Both the position numbers and the translations under genes were made by a program. Under the pieces are notes generated by a model that was not told the origin of the DNA, searched no databases, and saw nothing but the letters and a program-made list of their open reading frames with translations. This document shows, one piece after another, positions 1-12,581 of a DNA stretch of 64,000 nt. Position 1 is the stretch's first letter. Every line of letters begins with the position of its first letter. Source of the DNA: Anaeromyxobacter sp. (GTDB lineage: Bacteria > Myxococcota > Myxococcia > Myxococcales > Anaeromyxobacteraceae); the NCBI GenBank assembly GCA_049840735.1, contig JASGJN010000020.1, positions 448,001-512,000 on the forward strand. Reading direction: 5' to 3'.

Positions 1-135
1 GCCAGCCCGCTCCGCGACGGCGCCGTGCTGCGCATCGCGGCGCGCTCGGTGGAGGCCGGTATGGACGAGGTGCGCCGCCACCTGGCCTTCCTGGCCGGCC
101 CCCTCGACGGCGACCCATTGCTGCGCAGGCCCTGA
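1..135 (+). CDS. ureD: Urease accessory protein UreD, C-terminal fragment (gene starts before the window)
   Basis: Frame 1 reads [44 protein letters not shown], like UreD C-termini; lies directly upstream of ureAB. Confidence 0.7.
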   Translation, partial: ASPLRDGAVLRIAARSVEAGMDEVRRHLAFLAGPLDGDPLLRRP

Positions 136-148
136 ACGGAGGAACCGC

Positions 149-922
149 ATGTACCTCTCCCCCCGCGAGCTGGACAAGCTCACCCTGCACCAGGCCGGCG
201 CCCTGGCCCAGAAGCGGCTGGCGCGCGGGCTGCGCCTCAACCACCCCGAGGCCGTGGCGCTCGTCGCCACCGTCCTGCTGGAGCTGATCCGCGACGGCCG
301 CAGCGTCGCCGAGCTGATGGACCTCGGCCGCAAGCTGCTCGGGCGCCGCCAGGTGCTGCCCGGCGTGCCGGCGCTGATCCCCGACGTGCAGGTGGAGGGC
401 ACCTTCCCGGACGGCACCAAGCTGGTGACCGTCCATCACCCCATCGCCGCCCTGGACGGCGAGCTCGCGCTGGCGCTCCACGGCTCCTTCCTGCCGGTCC
501 CGCCGCTCGGCGCCTTCGGCGAGCAGCCCGAGCCGGCGCCGGAGGAGGCGCAGCCGGGCGAGGTGCTGCCTGCGCCGGGGGAGATCGTGCTCAACGCCGG
601 CCGCGAGGCCATCACGCTGCGGGTGACCAACCTGGCCGATTGGCCCATCCAGGTGGGCAGCCACTTCCCGTTCGTCGAGGCCAACCCCTACCTCCGCTTC
701 GATCGCGGGCGCGCCTACGGCCGGCGGCTGGACGTGCCGGCCGGCATGGCGGTGCGGTTCGAGCCGGGCGAGACGCGGACCGTGGCGCTGGTGGAGCTGG
801 CCGGGAACCGCGTCATCCGCGGCGGCAGCGCGCTGGCCACCGGGCCGGTGACGGAGGAGGGGCGCAGGGCGGCCGTCGCCGCCGCCCTGGCCCGCGGCTT
901 CGCGCACGAGGAGGAGGCCTGA
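149..922 (+). CDS. ureAB: Urease fused gamma/beta subunit
   Basis: Gamma motifs ([29 protein letters not shown]) followed by beta motifs ([28 protein letters not shown]); GGAGG Shine-Dalgarno. Confidence 0.97.
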   Translation: MYLSPRELDKLTLHQAGALAQKRLARGLRLNHPEAVALVATVLLELIRDGRSVAELMDLGRKLLGRRQVLPGVPALIPDVQVEGTFPDGTKLVTVHHPIAALDGELALALHGSFLPVPPLGAFGEQPEPAPEEAQPGEVLPAPGEIVLNAGREAITLRVTNLADWPIQVGSHFPFVEANPYLRFDRGRAYGRRLDVPAGMAVRFEPGETRTVALVELAGNRVIRGGSALATGPVTEEGRRAAVAAALARGFAHEEEA

Positions 923-923
923 C

Positions 924-2639
<1,716 letters not shown>

Positions 2640-2646
2640 GCGCCGC

Positions 2647-3303
2647 GTGACCTGGCTCCTCCTGCAGCTGGCCGACTCGGCCTTCCCCACCGGCGGCTTC
2701 GCCCACTCCGGCGGGCTGGAGGCCGCCGTGCAGCTGGGCGCGGTGGACGGGCCGGAGCAGCTGGAGCGGCTCGCAGCGGAGGCGCTCTGGTCCACCGCCT
2801 GGGGCGCCCTCCCCTTCGTGGCGGCGGCGCACCAGGCGCCGGACCGGCTGCTGGCGCTCGACGCCGCCTGCGACGCGACGCTGCCCGGCCACGTGGCCAA
2901 CCGGGCCAGCCGCGCGCTCGGCGCCGCGTTCCTCCGGGCCGCCTCCGAGGCCCTGGGCGCGCCCGCGGCGGCGCTGGCCGAGGAGGTGCGCCGGGCCGGC
3001 GCGCCGGGCCACCTGGCGCCCGCGTTCGGCGCCGTGCTGGGGCGCCTCGAGACCTCGCTGGAGGAGGTGCGGCGGCTCTACCTGTTCCAGGCCGTGCGCG
3101 CGCTGGTCTCGGCCGGCGTCCGCCTGGGCGCCGCCGGCCCGCTGGAGGCGCAGGCGCTCCTGGCCCGCCTGGCCCCCGAGGCGGAGGCGGCCCTGCGCGC
3201 CTCGGAAGGCTGCCCGCCGGAGGAGGCCTGCGGCGCTGCGCCCCTCCTCGACCTGCTGCAGGGCCAGCAGGATCGGCTCTACTCGCGCCTCTTCCAGTCC
3301 TGA
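2647..3303 (+). CDS. ureF: Urease accessory protein UreF
   Basis: [20 protein letters not shown] at the N-terminus and LYSRLFQS at the C-terminus. Confidence 0.95.
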   Translation: MTWLLLQLADSAFPTGGFAHSGGLEAAVQLGAVDGPEQLERLAAEALWSTAWGALPFVAAAHQAPDRLLALDAACDATLPGHVANRASRALGAAFLRAASEALGAPAAALAEEVRRAGAPGHLAPAFGAVLGRLETSLEEVRRLYLFQAVRALVSAGVRLGAAGPLEAQALLARLAPEAEAALRASEGCPPEEACGAAPLLDLLQGQQDRLYSRLFQS

Positions 3304-3316
3304 CCCGGAGCCCAAG

Positions 3317-4036
3317 ATGATCGCCACCCTCCCCGGCTACCTGCTCCACGGCGGCCATGACCACGCCGCCGGCCGGGGCACCTTCGCGGCCCGCGAGCGG
3401 ACGCGGCGGCGCGACCTGTCCCGGCGGGCTTTCACTGTGGGTGTCGGCGGCCCGGTGGGCAGCGGCAAGACCGCGCTGGTGCTGCAGCTCTGCCGGCGGC
3501 TGCGGGACAGCCTCTCCCTGGCGGTGGTGACCAACGACATCTTCACGCGCGAGGACGCCGAGTTCCTGACCCGCAACCAGGCGCTCCCGGCCGACCGGAT
3601 CCGCGCGGTGGAGACCGGCGGGTGCCCGCACGCCGCCATCCGCGAGGACGTGACCGCCAACCTGCTGGCCCTGGAGGCGCTCACCGCCCAGCACCGCCCC
3701 GAGCTGCTCTTCTGCGAGTCGGGCGGCGACAACCTGGCCGCCCACTTCAGCCGCGAGCTGGCCGACTTCACCATCTACGTCATCGACGTGGCCGGCGGCG
3801 ACAAGGTCCCGCGCAAGGGCGGCCCGGGCATCACCCAGTCCGACCTGCTGGTCGTCAACAAGACCGACCTCGCGCCCGCCGTCGGCGCCGACCTGGGAGT
3901 GATGGCGCGCGACGCGGCCCGCATGCGCGGCGAGGGGCCGGTGGTGTTCGCGCAGGTGGCCCACGGGCCCGGGCTGGACGAGATCGCCGGCCACGTGCTC
4001 CACGCCATGCAGCACGCGCTCGGCAAGGCGCACTGA
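3317..4036 (+). CDS. ureG: Urease accessory GTPase UreG with His-containing N-terminal extension
   Basis: [10 protein letters not shown]-loop, [21 protein letters not shown]. Confidence 0.97.
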   Translation: MIATLPGYLLHGGHDHAAGRGTFAARERTRRRDLSRRAFTVGVGGPVGSGKTALVLQLCRRLRDSLSLAVVTNDIFTREDAEFLTRNQALPADRIRAVETGGCPHAAIREDVTANLLALEALTAQHRPELLFCESGGDNLAAHFSRELADFTIYVIDVAGGDKVPRKGGPGITQSDLLVVNKTDLAPAVGADLGVMARDAARMRGEGPVVFAQVAHGPGLDEIAGHVLHAMQHALGKAH

Positions 4037-4133
4037 GCGCCGGGGGATGCGCCCCCCGCGGCGCGCCCGGCCCGTTCACACCTCGGCCCATCCCCACCCC
4101 AACGGGCCGACACCTCCCTGGTACCCCGGTCGC

Positions 4134-5276
4134 ATGTCAGGATGCCCCTGGGAGATCCCCTTGAGGCAACACGACGACCCGGGCGGGCCCGATCCCGAGC
4201 TGTTCCGGCTGCTGGTGGAGGGCGTGCGCGAGTACGCCATCTTCGCGCTAACCCCCGCCGGGGAGGTCGCGAGCTGGAACGCCGGCGCCACGCGCATCAA
4301 GGGCTGGGCCGCCGAGGACATCCTGGGGCGACACATCGCCGTGTTCTATCCGCCGGAGGACGCGGCCGCGGGCAAGCCGGAGCGCGAGCTGCGGCGGGCT
4401 GCGGCCGAGGGCACGGCCGAGGACGAGGGCTGGCGCGTCCGCAAGGACGGCAGCCGCTTCCTGGCCAGCGTGGTGATCACCGCGCTGCACGACGACCGCG
4501 GCGCGCTGCGCGGCTTCGCCAAGGTGACCCGCGACCTGACCGACCGCCGGCGCGGGGAGGAGGCCCGGCGCGGGCTCGCGGCTGCGCGGGAGGCGGTGCG
4601 GGCGCGCGACGACTTCCTGGCCATCGCCTCGCATGAGCTGCGCACGCCGCTGACCGGCCTGCGCCTCCTGGTGCAGGGGGTGCTGCGCGGCGCCCAGCCC
4701 GGCCAGCTCCTCCCCGAGCTGCAGGTGGAGCGGCTCCGCCAGGTGGACCGCTACGTCTCGCGCCTGGACCGGCTGATCGGCGACCTGCTCCAGGTGACCT
4801 CGCTCGCCGCCGGCCAGCTGCCGCTGCAGCGCGCCGAGTTCGACCTGGGCGAGCTGCTGCGCGAGGTGACCGCGCCGTGGCGCGAGGAGGCGCTCCGCCG
4901 CGGCGGCGCGCTGGAGCTGGTCAGCGGCGGCCCGCTGCGCGGGCGCTGGGATGGCGCGCGCCTGGCCGAGGCGCTCGACGCGGTGGTGGGCAACGCGGTC
5001 AAGTTCGCCGGCACGGCGCCCATCGCGGTGCGCGTGGGTGGCGAGGGCGGGCGCGCGGTGGTTGAGGTGGAGGACCGGGGACCGGGCATCGCCCCGGAGG
5101 ACCAGGCCCGGGTCTTCGAGCGGTTCGAGCGCGCGGTCCCGGTCACGCACCACGGCGGCTTCGGGATCGGCCTCTGGGCGGCGCGCCAGATCGTCAGCGC
5201 GCACGGCGGGGAGATCGAGATCCGCTCCTCGCCCGGACAGGGCTCCACCTTCACGCTGCGGCTGCCGCTCGGGTGA
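4134..5276 (+). CDS. PAS-domain sensor histidine kinase
   Basis: PAS (WNAGA, EGWRVRKDGSRF), H-box SHELRTPL, N-box GNAVKF, DRGPGI, GFGIGL; start codon uncertain (ORF open from 4047). Confidence 0.9.
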   Translation: MSGCPWEIPLRQHDDPGGPDPELFRLLVEGVREYAIFALTPAGEVASWNAGATRIKGWAAEDILGRHIAVFYPPEDAAAGKPERELRRAAAEGTAEDEGWRVRKDGSRFLASVVITALHDDRGALRGFAKVTRDLTDRRRGEEARRGLAAAREAVRARDDFLAIASHELRTPLTGLRLLVQGVLRGAQPGQLLPELQVERLRQVDRYVSRLDRLIGDLLQVTSLAAGQLPLQRAEFDLGELLREVTAPWREEALRRGGALELVSGGPLRGRWDGARLAEALDAVVGNAVKFAGTAPIAVRVGGEGGRAVVEVEDRGPGIAPEDQARVFERFERAVPVTHHGGFGIGLWAARQIVSAHGGEIEIRSSPGQGSTFTLRLPLG

Positions 5277-5398
5277 AGATCACGCGGGGGCCCAGGGTTC
5301 CCGCCCCACCGGCGTCCTCCGGCGACACCTGTGAGCCCGGGCCACGCCCGCCCTCACCCGCTTCCCCCGTGAATCCCGCGGCTTGCGTGGTCCTCCGG

Positions 5399-5415
5399 CT
5401 GGCCCGCGCCATGCA
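5399..5415 (+). promoter_or_regulatory. Candidate sigma54 (-24/-12) promoter
   Basis: CTGGCCCGCGCCATGCA has TGGC and TGC with exact GG-N10-GC spacing, about 50 nt upstream of the lipoprotein ATG. Confidence 0.4.
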
Positions 5416-5464
5416 AAACCTCTCCCCGGGCGGCGCGTGACCTTCACCGCCCGATGGAGAGCAC

Positions 5465-5950
5465 ATGCGCACCCGGACCCTCACCCTGCTGATCCTCCCG
5501 CTCCTCTCGACGGCTTGCATGACCGCCACCACCAGCACCCGCACCTGGACCGCCGACTCCGGCGGCTACCAGGCCTGGCAGCGGCGCGGCTGGGTGGATC
5601 AGGTGCGCGAGACGGTGCAGCGGACGCAGGGCAACCCCGCCGGCGGCGCGGTGGCGGGCGCGGTGGTGGGCGGCCTCTTGGGCACCATGCTGAGCTCGCA
5701 CACCCACTACGACCGCTGGGGCCGGGCCCACTCGCACGCGAACCCCGCCGGCACGGTGGTCGGCGCCGTGGGCGGCGCGGTGGTCGGCGCGGCGGCGAGC
5801 CAGGGCGGCGGCGAGCTCCGCACCTACGAGGTCTGGGTCCGGTTCGACGACGGCGGCTACCAGGCGTTCACCTACCGTGACGCCTCGCCCTTCCGCCCCG
5901 GCGACTGGGTGGTCCAGACCGAGGGCGGCCTGCAGCCGCTGCAGCGCTGA
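5465..5950 (+). CDS. Glycine-zipper (2TM) outer-membrane lipoprotein
   Basis: Signal peptide with lipobox-like STAC; GAVAGAVVGGLLG and GTVVGAVGGAVVG zippers; SlyB-like C-terminus. Confidence 0.8.
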   Translation: MRTRTLTLLILPLLSTACMTATTSTRTWTADSGGYQAWQRRGWVDQVRETVQRTQGNPAGGAVAGAVVGGLLGTMLSSHTHYDRWGRAHSHANPAGTVVGAVGGAVVGAAASQGGGELRTYEVWVRFDDGGYQAFTYRDASPFRPGDWVVQTEGGLQPLQR

Positions 5951-5967
5951 CCGCGGCCCGGCCGGCC

Positions 5968-7264
5968 TCACCCCGCCCGCGGCCGGGCCAGCACCAGCTG
6001 CACCTCGCCCAGGAGCCGCTCGCGGAAGCCGGCCTCGCAAGCGCAGAGGCAGAACTCCCACAGGCGCCGGACGCGGGGGGTGGCGAGCCGGGCCACCGCC
6101 TCCGCGCTCCGCGCCAGGTTGGCGCGCCAGGCGGCCAGAGTGGTGGCGTAGTGCGGGCCGATGTCCTCCAGCTGGCGCAGCTGCAGGTCGCTGGCGCGGG
6201 CGGCCGCGTCGAGCAGCGCCGCCACGGTGGGGACGCAGGCCCCCGGGGCGACCTGGGCCTCCAGGAGATCCACCTCGCGGCGGGCCCGCTGCCCGTCGGC
6301 CGCCGTCACCGCCTGCAGGGCCATCAGCCCATCGGCCTTGAGCAGCGCCGCGCACTTGCGGAAGAACGCGCCGTGGGCGCTGCCCTCCACCGCCTCGATC
6401 ATCTCCACCGAGACCAGCTTGTCGTAGGTGCCCGCCAGGTCGCGGTAGTCGCACAGGAGCACCTTCACCCGGCCCTCCAGCCCGGCCCGGCGCACCCGCT
6501 CCGACGCGACCTGGTGCTGCACCGGCGAGACGGTGGTGGTGGTGACGCGGCAGCCGTACCGCCGCGCCGCGTGGATGGCCAGCGAGCCGAACCCGCCCCC
6601 CAGCTCCGCCAGGTGGTCGCCGGGGCCGAGCCGCAGCTTGCGGCAGAGCGCGTCCAGCTTGGCCTCGCTGGCCTCCTCCAGCGTGGCCTGGGGCCGCTCG
6701 AAGATCGCGCACGACCAGGTGAGGGTCGGGTCGAGCATGTGCCGGAAGAAGGCGGCGCCCAGCTCGTCGTGGTCGCGCAGGTCGCGCGGACGGCCTGCTC
6801 CGCCGCGGCGCCGCAGGGCGCGCCCGAGCCGCGCCGCGGCACGGACGGCCCGGGCCACCGCACCCTCCTGCCCGGCCCGCGCCTCCGGGTTGCGCGCCAG
6901 CAGCCGCACCACGGCGGTGGAGATCGTCGCTGCTCCAGTCGCCGTCGGCGTAGCTCTCCGCCGCGCCCGCGGCCCCGCCCACCGCGGCGCGCCGCCAGAA
7001 GCGCGGGTGGTGCACGACGAGCCGTGCCGCCAGCCCGTCGGCGGCGGGGCGCCCGAAGACCAGCTCCCCGCCGGCGCCGTCCCGCACCGAGAGGATCCCC
7101 TCCCGCAGCCGCTCCAGGCCCGCCAGCACGCGCGCCCGCCAGAAGGCGCCCTCGCCCGCCGCGGCGATGGGCGGCGGCAGCTCCGCCGGCGGCGGAACGA
7201 CCCGCAGCACCCGGGCCGCCCGGGTCGATCCGGAGGAACCCGCCAGCGGCGTGGGCTGGTCCAT
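5968..7264 (-). CDS. Cyclopropane-fatty-acyl-phospholipid synthase-like SAM methyltransferase (apparent frameshift near 6920; divergent motifs)
   Basis: N-part AESYADGDWSSDDL joins TAVVRLL...DYRDLAGTYDKLVSVEMIEAV...HYATTL if one C is removed at 6919-6920. Confidence 0.8.
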
Positions 7265-7555
7265 GCTCAGCTCCTCCCGTCGCGGTGGTGCGCCCGGCAG
7301 CCCGACGCCGACGGGGGCCGCTCCCCCGCGACAATTCGTCGTAATGCTGTACCGATAGGGGTCTCCGCCCGGAGTTGCAACCAGGCGCACAGGCCCTCCC
7401 CCTCCCGGGCTTTCGCGCAGACCCACCTCGTCCCTGGTCCACGGTGCGGGCTCATCCCACCCGGGGCTCAAGACGCCTGGGCCACGCCGCGCCGGCGCGC
7501 CGGCGCGATCATGGGGGGAGAGGTCGCCGGCAGCCAGGCGCGGCCGGGAGGCGCC

Positions 7556-8443
7556 ATGTCCTCGGTCCAGAGCATGCGGGCGTGGCCGAGGCGAATCGAC
7601 CCCGGCGACGAGATCCCCCACCCCTTCCAGCGCGCCTTCGCCGGCCTGCGCCTCCACGGACCGCGCCCGCCGGAGCTGCTCTTCTCGCCGCGCTACAAGC
7701 TGGACGGCGCGGAGACGCCCTCGACGCTGCTGGTCTGGGACGGCGGCGAGGCGACCTGCCTGGAGGCGCTCCACGGCGGCGTGGCAGCCGTCACGATCAC
7801 GCTGGCTGACGTGCACCTCGCTGAGTGGGGCAACGCCCTGCTCGCCTCCTGGCTGGCGCTGGACGCGCACGGGCCGGGCGGCCGCGCCGGGTTCCGGGCC
7901 GGGTTCCACACGGTCGGGCGCGAGCTGTACCGGCCGCTGCTCGACGCGGTGCGGGCGCCGCGGTACGCCGCCGGCCAGGCGCGGGAGGGCGACCCGGAGG
8001 CGCGGCTGCGCGGGCTGGAGGCCGAGGACTACCGCATGTACCGGTTCGCGCTGGACGCCCTGCCGCCAGGGGCCGACCTCCGCGGCGTCCTCCTCCAGCG
8101 CCGGCGCGTGGAGCGGCGGCTCGGGCTGCTGCCCCGGATCCAGCTCCCGGCCACGCTGCTCCTCGCCACGCAGTCCGAGCTGATCGTGATCCGCGAGGGC
8201 GCCGGGCGCAGCCAGGGCGCCAGCGCGGCGGCCTGGACCTTCATCCCGCTCGACCGCGTGGCGGCCTTCGCGCTGGAGCCGGACGCGCGCCGCCGCATCC
8301 TGCAGCTCCGGGCGCTCCTCCCCGGCGGCCAGGAGGCCGGCGCCGCGCTCGACCTGGCCTCGGCGCCCGGCGCGGCCGCCTTCGTGGCCGCGATCGGCCG
8401 GGGCCCTCCTGCAGCGCCGCCCCCAGAGGCCCGGCCGGCGTGA
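7556..8443 (+). CDS. Hypothetical protein
   Basis: GGGAGG Shine-Dalgarno before ATG, GC3-biased codons, globular-looking sequence; no family recognised. Confidence 0.65.
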   Translation: MSSVQSMRAWPRRIDPGDEIPHPFQRAFAGLRLHGPRPPELLFSPRYKLDGAETPSTLLVWDGGEATCLEALHGGVAAVTITLADVHLAEWGNALLASWLALDAHGPGGRAGFRAGFHTVGRELYRPLLDAVRAPRYAAGQAREGDPEARLRGLEAEDYRMYRFALDALPPGADLRGVLLQRRRVERRLGLLPRIQLPATLLLATQSELIVIREGAGRSQGASAAAWTFIPLDRVAAFALEPDARRRILQLRALLPGGQEAGAALDLASAPGAAAFVAAIGRGPPAAPPPEARPA

Positions 8444-8541
8444 CCGCCCGCGGGCGACCAAGGTCCCATTCCGCCCGGAGGCCGCCTGGATGAAGCTGCC
8501 GGGACAGGCTGCGCCTCCGCGCGCCTCCCGGAGGAAGTCCC

Positions 8542-9099
8542 ATGCCGCTCTCGCTGCGCCGCGCCGCCGTGCTCCTGGCCCTGGCCCTGTCCGGCTGCGC
8601 CACGCTGAAGGTCCAGTCCGAGTACGACGCCGCCGCGCCCTACGCCAGCTACCACCGCTACCGCTGGGTCGCCGCCACGCCCGGCGAGGAGCAGGCCCCG
8701 GCCATGCGCGACCCGGCGGTGCGCGCGCTGGTGATGCGCGCCATCGATCGCGAGCTGCAGGCCAAGGGGCTTTTGCCGGCCGGCGCGGAGGAGCAGCCGG
8801 ACCTGCTGGTCTCCGCGCTCGGCTGGTCGAAGGACGAGATCCAGGTGAACAGCTACGGCTACGGCTACAGCGCCACGTACATGCGCGGCCCGGCGGCGGT
8901 GGGGGTCGGGTCGCCGGGCGGCGTGACGGTGAACAGCTACCGCGACGGCACGCTGATCCTCGACCTGGTGGACGCGAAGACCAGGCAGGTGGTCTGGCGC
9001 GGCACCGCCACCGACACGCTGGACGATCCCTCGGAGGTCCGGGAGCTGATCGACAACGCGGTGCACAAGCTCCTGGGCAGCTACCCGCCCAAGGGCTGA
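8542..9099 (+). CDS. DUF4136 family lipoprotein
   Basis: Lipobox LSGC; YRDGTLILDLVDAKTRQVVWRGTA; C-terminal YPP. Confidence 0.88.
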   Translation: MPLSLRRAAVLLALALSGCATLKVQSEYDAAAPYASYHRYRWVAATPGEEQAPAMRDPAVRALVMRAIDRELQAKGLLPAGAEEQPDLLVSALGWSKDEIQVNSYGYGYSATYMRGPAAVGVGSPGGVTVNSYRDGTLILDLVDAKTRQVVWRGTATDTLDDPSEVRELIDNAVHKLLGSYPPKG

Positions 9100-9146
9100 C
9101 GGGCGGCGCACGGCGGAGGCCCCGCGGCCGCCGCCCGCTGCGCCGG

Positions 9147-9823
9147 CTACGGGCTGATCACCAGCGCGCCCAGGAAGTTCCACTGCCAGAGCGGGATGCC
9201 GCCGCTCACCGACATCCCCGACCCGCCGCTGCCGGCGTAGAAGGCGGCGCTGTCGAAGAAATCGGCGCGGCCACCCGGGCATCGAAGCGGAGCGCCAGGT
9301 GCTTGGCCAGGTCGACCTTGACGCCGGCGCCCAGCGTGAAGGCGAAGCGCCAGCTGTCGGACAGGTTCAGCGTCTGGTTGACGCCGTAGTGGATGTCCTC
9401 CGGCATGAAGAGCGCCGCCCCCAGGCTGCCCGCCCCGAAGATGTTGACGCGCCCGCGCTGGATGCCCTTGCGCCCACCGATCTGGAAGTAGTGGGTCGGC
9501 ATCTGGAACGAGCGCGCGTTGAGCAGGTACGGATTGCCCGTCACGCGCGCCGTGGGGTCCGAGTAGAACCAGGTCAGCTCGGTGAAGGCGCCCGGCAGCG
9601 TCTCGATGCCCAGGGAGGCGCCGTAGACCTCGGTGTCGCCCACCTCGAGGCTGCCGGCGCTGGTGTCGATGTCGGAGTTGAGCTGGTAGCCGGCGAAGCC
9701 GGTCAGCTCGATCTGGCGCTTGGCGGGGACGCCGGGCCCACCGGCGGAGTACTGCGCCGCGGCCACGGCCGGGGCGGCGGCGAGCGCGAGCGCGAGCAGC
9801 GTGGGAAGGCGGTTGCGGGACAT
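9147..9823 (-). CDS. Outer-membrane beta-barrel protein (apparent frameshift near 9260)
   Basis: Signal peptide and amphipathic strands; adding one base gives ...AAPIFFDSAAFYAGSGGSGMSVSGGIPLWQWNFLGALVISP* ending at TAG 9147-9149. Confidence 0.75.
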
Positions 9824-9890
9824 GTGTCCTCCTGACGTGAGGGCTCGAATCTTCCAGCCCTGCGGGCGGGCAAGCTCGTGGACCTTGGGA

Positions 9891-10280
9891 TCAGCGCCGC
9901 GCCGCGCGGACCGGGCGCCGCGCCACCGAGCGGATGGCCTGGGTGAGCGCCCCTCCGTCGACCGGCTTCTGCAGCACCGGCGCGACCTGCAGCGCGCGGT
10001 GGGCCAGGCCGGAGGCGCCGTGCGCCGTGACGAACACCACCGGCAGGTCCTGCCCCGCGGCCTGCAACTGCTCCCACAGCTCCAGGCCCCCCTCGCCCGG
10101 CATCCTCAGGTCCACCACCAGGCAGACCAGGTCCGCGGGCAGCGGCTGCGCCATCACCTGCGCCGCGGAGTGGAACGCGTCGGCGGCATAGCCGAAGGAC
10201 CGCAGCAGGCGCGACAGCGCCCGGCCGACCGCCTCGTCGTCATCGACGACGAAGATCCGGCCCAGGTCCTCGTCGGCCAT
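9891..10280 (-). CDS. Single-domain response regulator (FixJ-like receiver)
   Basis: IFVVDDD, CLVVDLRMPG, VFVTAH, LQKP. Confidence 0.9.
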   Translation of the reverse strand: MADEDLGRIFVVDDDEAVGRALSRLLRSFGYAADAFHSAAQVMAQPLPADLVCLVVDLRMPGEGGLELWEQLQAAGQDLPVVFVTAHGASGLAHRALQVAPVLQKPVDGGALTQAIRSVARRPVRAARR

Positions 10281-10777
10281 GCGCTGGCGCCTCCTGGCTG
10301 AACCGGATCGGTGGAGCACGCGGACAGTCTCTTCCATCCGGAGCGCGGAGCAGATCGGACGTTGGTCCAAGCCCACTCCGAGGGTGCAATGGCGACCGCC
10401 CGTCCCCCCAGGAGGCGCGCTGGAAGCGGATGCGACCTTGGGCCAATGACCACGCCGGACCGCGTCGAGGAATACTGCGAGGAAGCGACCGTCTGTCGGT
10501 GGGCGCGGCGCCGGTCGCGCAGCGCGTTGCCCGGCCTCAGCACTGCGGGTGATCGCCCGGCCGCCACGGCGACTTCACTTCGGGCGAAAGCTGCTCCAGG
10601 CTCCGGCGCGGGCCGGCTCCATGCCGCCAGGCGTGCTCCGTCGCGCGGTGCCGACGAGCGAGCCCTGCTGCCCGCGCCGGGAGAGGGACGACCTGTCGAG
10701 CCGCGGACGGCCCATCCGGACCCCCTACGGACCGTGTCCTACATTCACCTGACAATGAACGTTTTCCGTGCACCGTT

Positions 10778-10793
10778 TGTGAAACTTCTCATG
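10778..10793. promoter_or_regulatory. Possible CRP/FNR-family binding site in an AT-richer divergent promoter region
   Basis: TGTGA-AACTTC-TCATG compared with consensus TGTGA-N6-TCACA; right half imperfect. Confidence 0.3.
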
Positions 10794-10852
10794 ACATCCG
10801 GCCGACAATACGGGCGAATACCCATTCAGCACTGTTGAGGTGGACGGCGGGT

Positions 10853-12581
10853 ATGCGTCAGGATCACCTCCGGCCGTCGTCGCGTCTTCCGGGGGTCGTC
10901 TCAGGGATGCAGAAGCGTCAGCAGGGCCGCGAGTCTCGCCGCGCGCGCGAACCGCTGGAGCGCGTGCTGGAGAGCTGCGCCCGCGACCTGCTGGCCGCGC
11001 CCGGTCCCGAGCTGCTCCGGGAGCTGGACCACGCCCTCGCGCGGATGGGGCGAGCCCTGCGGGTCGAGCGCGTTGCGCTCTGGGAGCGCGCGCCGGGAGA
11101 CGGCTTCGCCCTGGTGCACCAGTGGTCGCTCCCCGGCTGCGGGCTGGCCCCCGAGGCCGTGACGGCCGAGGAGCACGGGTGGCTGGTGGGGATGGCGCTC
11201 GCCGGGCATCCGGTCGTCTATCGGCGGCTGACCAATCTGCCGCGCGTGGCGCAGCGGGAGCGGCAGGCCTTCGCGCGCCACGGACCGCGCTCGGCCGTGG
11301 TCGTCGCGGCGCGGGTCGGCGGCGCCACGCGGGCGGTGCTCTCGGTGGGCACGGTCCGGCGCGAGCGCGGCTGGAGCCCGGGCACGGTGGGCTGGCTGGA
11401 GCAGGCGGCCGTGGTGCTGGCCGGCGCGCTGGAGCGCCGGAGCGCCCGCGCCACAGCCCTCGAGACCGAGGGGCGGCTGGGCGGGTTCCTGGAGGCGGTG
11501 CCGGACGGCATCCTGCTGGTCCAGCCCTCAGGCCGGATCGAGCAGGCCAACGGCCGCGCCACCGCCATCCTGGGGCGCCCGCAGCGCGAGCTGTGCGGGC
11601 AGCGGCTGCAGGACCTGCTGGCCGCCACACCCGAGGCGCGCCTGCCGGCCACCGGCGGCCTGCAGCGCATGCTGCAGGTGGAGACCCCGAGCCTGCTCCT
11701 GGCGCAGCGGGGCGACGGGACCACCGTGCCGGTGCAGGTGATCTTCCGCCCGCTCCAGACCCCCGGGCCGGCGCTGCTCTGCTGCGGTCTCCGCGACGCC
11801 ACGCCCATGATGCAGCTGCGCGAGGAGGCCGCCCGTCTCCGCGACGAGCTGGCGTTCATGGGCCGCACCGCCCTCCTGGCGCAGATGGGCAGCGGCATCG
11901 CCCACGAGCTCAACCAGCCCCTCACGGCCATCCTCTCCAACGCCGAGAACCGCCCAGCGGCTGCTGCGGCGCGCCCCCGCCCTCGACACGCCGGAGGTCC
12001 GGGAGGCGCTGGCCGACGTGGTCAACGAGACGCGTCGCGCCGCCGACGTGCTGGGGCGGATGCGCGACATGCTCCGCCGGCGCGAGTCGGAGCGCGCGCC
12101 GGTGGCGCTGGGTGCGCTGCTGGAGGGCGTGGCCCGCCGCTTCCGGGAGGAGGGGGTGGCGCGCGCCATCCAGCTCGCCTGCGAGCTGGACCGCGGCCTG
12201 CCCGCCGTGCCCGGCGACGTCGTCCAGCTGGAGCAGGTGCTCATGAACCTGGTGGTGAACGCGTTCGACGCGCTGGGGGTCGGCGGCGCCGGCCCGCGCC
12301 GGGTGGTGCTGCGCGCCCGCGCGGCGCCCGGTGGCGGCGTGGATCTCGCGGTGCGGGACACCGGCCCCGGCCTGCCCGACCAGGCGCTGGCGCACGCGTT
12401 CGACCCCTTCTTCACCACGAAGCCCCAGGGGCTGGGGATGGGCCTGGCCATCAGCCGATCGATCGTCGAGGCCCACGGCGGGAGGCTGCTGGCGCGGAAC
12501 AACAGCGACCGCGGCGCCACCTTCGAGCTCCACCTGCCCCCGGCCCGGCCGGCCGGAGCCATGTCCCGGAGGCCCGCATGA
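10853..12581 (+). CDS. GAF/PAS sensor histidine kinase, FixL/NtrB-like (apparent frameshift near 11950)
   Basis: GAF-like N-terminus, PAS, H-box [17 protein letters not shown]; after removing one A it continues TAQRLL...[33 protein letters not shown]; start uncertain (10853 or 10907). Confidence 0.85.

Noticed and set aside
10311..10838. 175-aa ORF in the divergent promoter region
   Set aside because: No family motif, atypical codon usage, and it spans the AT-richer regulatory patch
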